From: Lingula anatina
Taxonomy: Eukaryota; Animalia; Brachiopoda
Direction of reading: 5' to 3'
DNA length: 64,000 nt
NCBI GenBank assembly: GCA_051362555.1
Contig: CM120640.1
Location: forward strand, 12,958,001 to 13,022,000
In this document: positions 52,501-61,500 of the stretch, in pieces
Numbering within the stretch: position 1 is the stretch's first letter
How the letters are laid out: each line of letters begins with the position of its first letter
Position numbers and translations under genes: made by a program
The notes under the pieces: model-generated
The model's input: the letters and a program-made list of their open reading frames with translations, nothing else
The model's database searches: none
Told to the model about the DNA's origin: nothing

Positions 52501-55500
52501 CTTAACTCTAATGTCACAATGGGGAGCCACAATTAATGCTTGGTTTCAAATTTCAAGTTTTTATTTTGAGGGGTCATCTACTGTGCTTGCTTTCTTCCCT
52601 TATCTCTTACAACTTTTCCCGCCTTTTTCTATTTACCAGACTTGACCCTGCAATGGTAATGCAATGAATGATCTGAACCTACAGTAAATTTACCCTGGAC
52701 TTATACCTTTACAATGACAGGCAAATATTAAGGTGCTTCACTCACTCCTTTAATCTCTGTGTACGTAGTGTACACTAAAAACATTCCCAATCCTTAAGCA
52801 AACACAACCCAGACCAATACAATGGCTGGGACTACTTTCCTCTTTATGTGACCAAAACTGAATGAAGGCAAGTCAGCAGACTGTTATATGCAATCTGTAA
52901 CTGTAAAAGAGAGCTGGGAGATAAAAATCTTCAAGACTGGAGATGTAGAAATCTTAAAAGGCTTGCCGCAGCACTGAATTCAATATAGCCATTACCAAAA
53001 CCTAATCTGATCTTTGGGAGTTGCATCATAGAGAAAGTCCAATGCAGAACCTCCAAATTTAAGTACCACCTCACCATTTCTATAACATTTCTATCAGGCG
53101 ACACACCAAGGTTATCATTTATTTGTCAGATAATATGTACTTCCAAAAACATATCTTCTACACATCCTTGGCCTATGTTCATCATGATAAGATAGGGCCT
53201 AACCAGCAGCCTGCCCACACTGCTCTATCTAGGATATAACGGGCATTCTCTGAACACACGCAGGGCTATATAAGGAGGGGAAGTGGGACTGTAGGCTTAC
53301 ATCACATTTTAGCACAAATGAGACGGCAAATTCGAACTGTGAGCATAACAGTAAATCTAAAGCTAAACACAAGCCCTTTTCTGTCTTAATTTCTCCTGGT
53401 TCAAAAAGCCTTAACTAGATTTTCGCCGATGCAAATAACAGATGGTGTTCATTCAGAGACATGTTATATTTAAGACAGGATGGAAAGCAGGTTTACCCTT
53501 TCAACCTGCAGGTAAGACTGCCAAAATGTGGGCTTTTCCATTGCCTTTACTGCCTCCCTCTTCTCCAATCCACTGACTGACTCATCTTCCTGACCTTTCT
53601 TCTACCCCCAGCAGAGAGGCCGATAGACAGGCCTGTGTAAAAATACAGCCCACCTATGGTTCAAGAACCTGGAAGCCTGCCCACATAGCAAATTGAAGCA
53701 CAGGTTCCTGGTGCAGTTTAAGTGTCAGAGCAGTATGTGGAGTCTTAGAGTCAGACATCATCTGGCATAGCTGCCCCCATTCTTGTTCCCTTCTCCATAC
53801 ATAGCATTTATACAAACAGGCTCAGACTGTATGGGATTCAAAGCAGTGGGAAGAAACCAAAATGAATTTTTCTTTGCAGTTTCTGTGAGGGCTATCGAAA
53901 ATTGGAAATGGGAAAAGTCCAGGATACCTATCTGCATCTAAACTTCTACATTTGGGTTCATCCTCTAATTCAGACAAACATTCACACATTAACAAAATCA
54001 GCTCTCACAATTCTCTCAGTCCACAGCAATGTATAAAATACAATTCAAGAACCTGGAGTGAAAGTGGAACACATCTGGAATGTGAACAATTAGGCAATTT
54101 TCAAATTATCTTTCTCCAAACATGCCTTCGGAAGCAGTTACCAAAACATCAATTTCATTTTTTTCTTTAATCTTGCCAATTTTGGTTCTCTTCAAGTTCA
54201 TCATAACCTCAAAGGCTTCCAGATATGTTGTTTCACAGCAACTCCCGGCTTACCTTCTAAATTCTCACACTGTTCTTTCAACCATTTCACTTCTTTATCT
54301 AAATTCTCGGCCCGTTGATCAGCCTGCAAGAGACTTACTAGATCAGCAAAAAAACCATCACAATGCAATCCACATGCACATGCCAAACAGCTGATGTCCA
54401 CCCTGGCAACCAAAACAAAGCTATTGCCATGGCAGCAACAACAGCTTCTGAAACACCTGAAACTCATTAGGTCATTGTTCTTGTCCTTCATGGTCTTCAT
54501 CTGTTGCATGCTATCGAACCTGTCCTTGCTTTTCCCCATCAGCATCAACATACTAGGCTTCTAAATGGTGAATAATGAAAGGGCTGAGTGAAATTGGTAA
54601 CGGGGGAAGGAGGGGCATAATATGTGACCTGGAAATGGCAAAGTGTGATTTTTGCATGGCAACACACAGTTTTCATGCTCATACCTTCCAAATTATCAAC
54701 ATCTTTCTGGAGTTTTGCCACTGTCCTCTCAGCCTCACCAGCACGGTGTTCAGCCTACATAACAGAGATAAATACATGTATTATCATGAAAAGGTTACGT
54801 GTGGTGTACACATGGAAGGATGGAGACACAGGAAGCATGCTGTACATAAGGAAAAAAACATCCAAAACCACAACGCTAGGCTCACGCTAGAATGATTTTA
54901 GTTTCAGTTGAAACACAATAGCCATAGATTGATTTTTGAAATATCTATTGTACTTGGGTTAAAAAAATTAATTTCCCATCTTACTTCATCAATATGAATA
55001 ACTCTCATTAATAAGCAAACTAGAGTGAGCCTAGAAAACCCATGCAAATGTATAAGGCAAGTCATGAATCTGTGAAAATCTCCTCCCCACACTCTACTGC
55101 CTGCATGCACATAAGTTCCTCCATGCCTGCCCAGTAACTATGGGCGTAGCCCCTGTGCATTCACTTCTGTCTCATACTGCTGGTGGCGGGCAGTCTGCAG
55201 CACACACAAGACCCTGCCAAAACAACTAGGTTAAACTATATGTACATGTCAATTTGCATGCAATTTGCAAGGTAAATTAAACATTGTGCAAGACTTGATC
55301 AGGCCAGATTTTTGTATTTATTGGTTTTTTTCATTAGTGCTAAATGTAGCAGCAATTGTATTCATATTTGTAAACCTGAATCATTTTCATCTTTCAAATT
55401 ACAAATGCAATTTTTAATGTACTTGTAGTCTTAATAACTGGCTTGAACACAGACAATGAACTGGTGCATCCCAACACAAGTGTGAAATGACTAAATCAAA

Positions 55501-58500
55501 GTATAGGCAATTTTTCATCTAATTCTTCTCAAACTACACTGGTGTATAGACAATCAACAAAACAATACAAATAGGCACACAAACAGACAAACAAATAAAT
55601 ATACAACATAACTCCATTATTGCCTGCAAAAACATGTTATATATATTTTTTTAAAAATTCATCCACAACATTCTACATCAAAAATAATTTTTGAAAAGCA
55701 CAATATTCCAAGTAAGATAGCAACATTCTTTATTTTTTATCACAACCAAACAAGCTGTAGCATGCGGTGTTTCATCCTAGTCTTTTCACAATTTAAAATA
55801 ACACAACCAATTTTCCATCTACTTTTATGAGCTATCATCATGCTCTCTTTTCTGTCCATGTTTAATCCCCCTACCCCAATTACACCTCAATGACTTGTAG
55901 TCTGAAATTGTTGAAAAATTTTTATTCACCGATTTTAGTCATTACTTTAAAATGTCGATATTTTAGCCAATCCCATTATACTGTGCTACCCATACTGTAC
56001 TGTACTACCCATGTAGTCAGTTATGCACTAACATTGTTATATGAAGCATGCAGAGAGATCAGTTCTGATCACAAAAATTAGTGCTGCCAAATAGCAGTGT
56101 ACACATACCTCCTTTGACCTGGCAGTTAAGTCACGGATTGTCTCCTCATAGCTGTCTTCTCTCGCTGAAGCCTAGAAAGTGAAAAGGAAGCAAAAGAAAA
56201 TTACATTAATCATTTATCTCTTCTTTTTTCCTAAGAAAAATCTGTTAACTTCACTTTGAAAATTTATGTAAGAAATGATAATTTTACCCCAAGGCAATAT
56301 TTTTCTTCTTCTATTCTTTTTTGACATGTTCACCAACATAATCTTTTCCAAAAAAAGACAAAGTGATGCAGCCAAACATGGGAACATTGCATAATATCAG
56401 AGACAAAATACGGTATGCTGAACAATTAAATATATATGTACATCCATGTCAATATCTAGCTGAATATTATGATAATATAGGAATAAAAGCGGGGTAATAT
56501 TGCTAATAATCACTTTGGAATCTTTCATCTCAACAAAATGCCTTTGGCATTTGTGTCCTTTGTGATCTCCAAAGTGACAGAACCTAAAAAACTACCTGGA
56601 TTGAGAAGTAGACCAGATGGGGGAACTGCCCAAGCTGTGATAAGAGTAATGATAACAGCACTAATACAAACCAAAGAATAAAACATCATAATCATGTTAA
56701 TTTCTCAAGTACTACCTATATCCAGATAACAAACAGATGGGTTTTTGTTAGGGAGCGTGCACTTTGTTCAAGTATGAAGTCCAAAACACGAGGATGGTTT
56801 ATCCAACATTTGGAAATAGAGAAATAAAGTGCAGTTTTGACCAATGCTACAAGAGCATTGCAAAATCTAGTGGGATTTTTCTCTTTTCTTTTTTCTTGTA
56901 CTGCCATGCTAAACTTACCTGCAAAAAACTGAGCTTCTCCCACAATGACATAACAAGAGAAAACTAAGCTGCATATGTTTGTGTGTATTGTTGTCTTCAT
57001 GTGTTCATAACAGGAAACTACAAAGGTTCTTACTTTGCCAAATGTCTAAAATATGCAACACTAATGCAAGCACCATGCACTATACTGAAGATTAAGAGGC
57101 AATGTCTTCCCAAAGTTTTTAAGCAATATCAACATGCTGTGAACAGGTTGTATTGATTCTGTGTGTGCAGTAGAGACCGAGGTGTATGGTGCAAGAAGTA
57201 TACTGTGATAGTTTGACGTCTTTTCACTAGGATCTCCATATGTAACCACGAGATGTGCAGCATGGTTGGACTGTTGCCTTACTGGTCCAAGATCCATCAA
57301 CCAGATAAGACATGCTTTGTGATTGGCTGGTGCACCACTGTACGGTGACACCTTGCACGTGACATGCTTTGCGATTGGTTTGGACATCTCTGTACTGTGA
57401 TGCCCTGTATGTGACATGTTTTGTGATTGGCACTGTACTGTGACAGGCTTTGTGATTGGTATGAACGTCACTGTACTGTGATGCCCTGTATGTGACATGC
57501 TTTGTGATTGGTTCAGACACCACTGTGCTGTGATGTCCAGTATGTGACATGCTTTGTGATTGGTTCAGACACCACTGTACTGTGATGTCCAGAATGTGAC
57601 ATGCATAGTGACTGGATGGCACTCCATAATCACGCCATGCAAAGTCACAACTAGCTCAGAGAAATGTTTTTACCTCCTGTTCACTGATTTCAAGAGATTT
57701 CATGTTGTTGCCCACCACCTTAAGCTCCTCCTCCAGCTCAAGGATCTTACTGTAACAAAGCAATCAAGGAGAGAATGGAGAAATGAAACAAAAGAGAAGC
57801 AAGAGCAGTACTACAGCAGCAGTGACAATGCCGGACTAGAAGAAATGAATAAATTCTTGCCAGACAGCTAGTCACTTAGCTGTTAGCTGTTACTAAATAC
57901 ATATAGACAGGTATATAGCCAGGTATAGGACCTGGACACATAGGAAAGCTGGGGGTACACCATCTTTGCTACTATACAGCAGGGATGATGCACCCAGTCA
58001 GTATTTTTTCTCAAAACAAAAAAGTTTATTATCTGTTCAGTATCTAAAAATCATCAGTTTCTTCCTAGCATAGGAACCCTTCATCAGAAGGATTTTGGCC
58101 AACTGGGTTGTCAGTTTTGAAAATCTGTGGACGATAAAAAAAAAAAGGAGAAAGGGGGGATAACTTTTGTTTTGAGAAAAAAAAATACTTCATTTTCCTT
58201 TGTGGCTCCAGTTCACAGAGGACACATTCACTAAAACTACCTGCTCCTCATTATTCTCAAGCGACTTCAAGTTGGCACCAACGACGTGCAATTCTTCTTC
58301 CAGCTCCTTCAATTTGCTGTAATAATGTATATAAGAACACAGTGGGATCAAAAAGGCATGGCAGCACAATGCACAAAAAGCACACCCCCTAACAAACTCA
58401 CAGTTAATATGATAACTGCACTATACTACAACCTGGGTGGGGGTTGCCAGTGGCACAATAGCCTTACCTTCTCTTCATTAATTGACAAGGACTTAAGATT

Positions 58501-61500
58501 GTGAGAAACCACATGCAGTTCTTCTTCCAATGCTTTTATTTTGCTGTAAAATGCATAACAAACACTGTTGTCATCCAACAATGGTAAGCCAGGAAAGATC
58601 AAGCATGAAATCACAGCATCATTGTTATACCCCTCCCTTCCCAAAAATCTACCAATTTGACTTTTTTAACCTTTTCATGATATACTTGATTAAGTTAACT
58701 TTAGTTTCTTTTCTGTTTTCGATAATAAATATGAATTTTACTCAAAATCTTAAAACCAGAAACACTCGTTTTCAACAATAAACATGAATTTGATCCAAAA
58801 ATCCAGAACAAGACACTACTTATTCCACATTAGTAATTATAATCTGTATCCCTCACATTTTGGATAAAAAAAGTTCATTTTTTTTTCTTTTTTCTTTTTT
58901 AAACAGTAAACAGCATTTCAAGTTCAACTTAGGTAATGAAGACTAATCACATGCATAAAAAGAATAAGTCCCTAACCATGCAGTAATTAACTTTAACTGA
59001 AAGAAATAATGCCTCTAAGCTATCTCAACTACTAAGCAAACAAAATATTCTATAAAGACAAAAACAGCTAATTTCTACTAATAATGCAATTTAATGGTAA
59101 GACAAATCAAACTAAAATTCTGATTTTTACTGAGGTAAACATTTGTAAATTAAAATTGTAAATTGAATGACAGTTAACAGACATGCTCAAAGAGGGGATG
59201 ATCTACGTAAAAATTTGGTTCTCATTAATTGAATGGGAAAATACTTTAAAAATTATGAGGTTTTAAAACATGCAGCAGATGCAAAACAAAAACTCTACAT
59301 CCCACTGTGTTCAAATATTGGAAGAAGTAACTCACGCTTCTGCATTGTCTGCACGATCTTCAGCACGCTCTAAGTCTGCTTCTGTTATTGTTAATTTTCT
59401 CGTAACCTATGTAAAATCCATTAAAATTTAAATTAAGTATTGTTCTTTTTTAAGCTATAAATCCTTAACTAAAAGACAAAGTTCTTCAAAGGATAAAGCC
59501 CATATCTTTTCCATATGATTATGACCTCACAGGATAAAGAAGGCACATCCAATCATGAATGAAGGTAACAAGAAAGAATACCTTGAAGAACTTTGTCATG
59601 TTATTACAATGCTGCTGCTTCTCTTGGTGACATGATATGCCACCTAGTGCGTATTATACACATCAAAAGCAGCAACACTGTAAAGGGAGACCCAGGGGAC
59701 AAGCCTGGACTGTCCCAAACAGAGAAAACCAGACACTAGCTGGCTCCTCGCAAAAATTTCATTACTTACGCCTCAGCAGCTTCCAAGCGAGCCTCTGCAC
59801 GCTCCAGATCAACCTCTGTGATGGCCAGCTTACGAGCAGCCTGTGCACGAACAATAATAAGATGAAGATCAAAAATTCATTTCATTTTGTATAAAATAGT
59901 TGGTGCATTTTCATTGCACACAACTTGCATATTCTCTGGACATGCTGTGTAACTGTAGGTCTCATGCCAAAATTTTCATGCAATTTAATTTTGTTGTGTC
60001 GTTGACTGGGTGAAATTTCAAAAACAGTACAGGCTGAAAACCTGCGAACAGTCAGGCTGCTCTCATGCTGATGCAGTTTCACTCATATTTATCACATCAC
60101 TTCAAACAATGCCATTCTCTCTTCTCAAAGGCTGCTATCACTACATAACCATGATCCTGCAAAAGGTTTTGATATTAATCCCCAGTTACCCTCCCACCCC
60201 ATTTCCCTAGCACCTTTGAGCAGAGAGAGTACTTGAACTATTTACTCTTCACAAAGAGCAAATATAAGCTCAACCTCCCTGTAAACAATCTATATGTCTA
60301 TGCCAATTCTTAAGACAAACAATATAAATCTTCAATGCAGTCATTGAAAAGTGAAGAGTGAAGGTGAAGTCTAGTTCAATAACACTATTGAAATTTGGTG
60401 AAAAGGTATAATTACCCACAAATGATCATTTCCTTTTGACAAGTCTCAATATTTTAACAACATCACATCAGCAATTTAATTCAATATTTACCCGAGCCAA
60501 GAAACAATGACCATTTGTGTGTAAATTCACCCTTTTCTTTCTAAGTTCATCCTAATCTACATTTCAAATTCCCTACAGACAAGTCATTCTGATTTCCCTA
60601 ATAATGTCACCAAAGGTCAAGAGGTCACTATGACACTTCTCAGGGCCTGTAGTAACCCATATATATGGTGAGAATATGATAGGGCTGCTTGCTGTTTGTA
60701 CAGGGCCACTGATTAGGATGCTTGCCTTTACAAAGCGGTCCAGTCCGATTTGTGTGGTAACAATTCAAGTGAACTGTTGTAGAGATGTGTCTAGTAAATA
60801 TTGACATTTTGTTTATAAGCATTTTGAAATGTCCATTAATTTCATTTTCTTCAATGTCAAATTTGTTGCCAGTTAGTATAAATTTTGAGGTTATACTTTT
60901 AACCTCCTTAATAGCTTTAGAACGACACAGAAGTTATGATTACAAAAGGCCCCACAAAGCAGTTCAGAATGGTTTGTCTAGATGAAAGGAATTCAAATAA
61001 AAATGAGGCAATGTGACTTCTGTATCTACATAAGGTAATTCATCAGATTCAATTATCATGTTATAACCAAGCTACATGCTAAAGTCAAATAAAAAGCACT
61101 TCAAACAATGCCATATCATAGTTGCATAGGACATTATATGAAGTGCAGAATGAGAAATGAGGCTCATCATCATCAGCAGCATGGTGGCGTCCCCGAGGGG
61201 CATCTCAAATGGCTCTTGATGGGAAAGATGAACCTGTTTTAAGAAGTCAACATGCATGGTTAGTGAACACCGTAATGTATTTTGGGTTAAATCAAGTGCA
61301 CTTATGTTAATAAGAAAACAGTTGTATGTAGGTGTGGTGATAACAGCCTGGAAATGGCAGACTTCAAAGGCAATGCTATGTGGCTGAAATGGAATGAAAG
61401 GGAATTCAGGTTCCAGAAAAAAACACTGCAATTGTTCAAACCATAGCAGCATCCACATGCAGTATGCACAAAAGGAGGCAGAATACTTTTGTACTTCTTT

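Noticed and set aside
54430-54560. Met/Lys-rich ORF segment between tropomyosin exons 8a and 8b as a possible second exon 7 or exon 9
   Set aside because: No AG/GT pair gives a stop-free exon of the right size and phase, and there is no clear tropomyosin similarity.
56596-56634. 39-nt AG/GT-bounded in-frame segment ([13 protein letters not shown]) before exon 7
   Set aside because: No heptad pattern or homology and it contains Pro; no support beyond splice-like dinucleotides.
57061-57622. 145-aa and 131-aa repetitive ORFs; superficially CRISPR-like periodicity
   Set aside because: Translations of the 52-bp minisatellite; units are similar throughout with no unique spacers, in a eukaryotic intron.
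54397-58462. 9-bp complementarity between sequence after exon 6a (58442-58450) and before exon 8b (54403-54411)
   Set aside because: Short, and the pairing would loop out the only exon 7; revisit only if 6a-8b linkage is seen in long reads.
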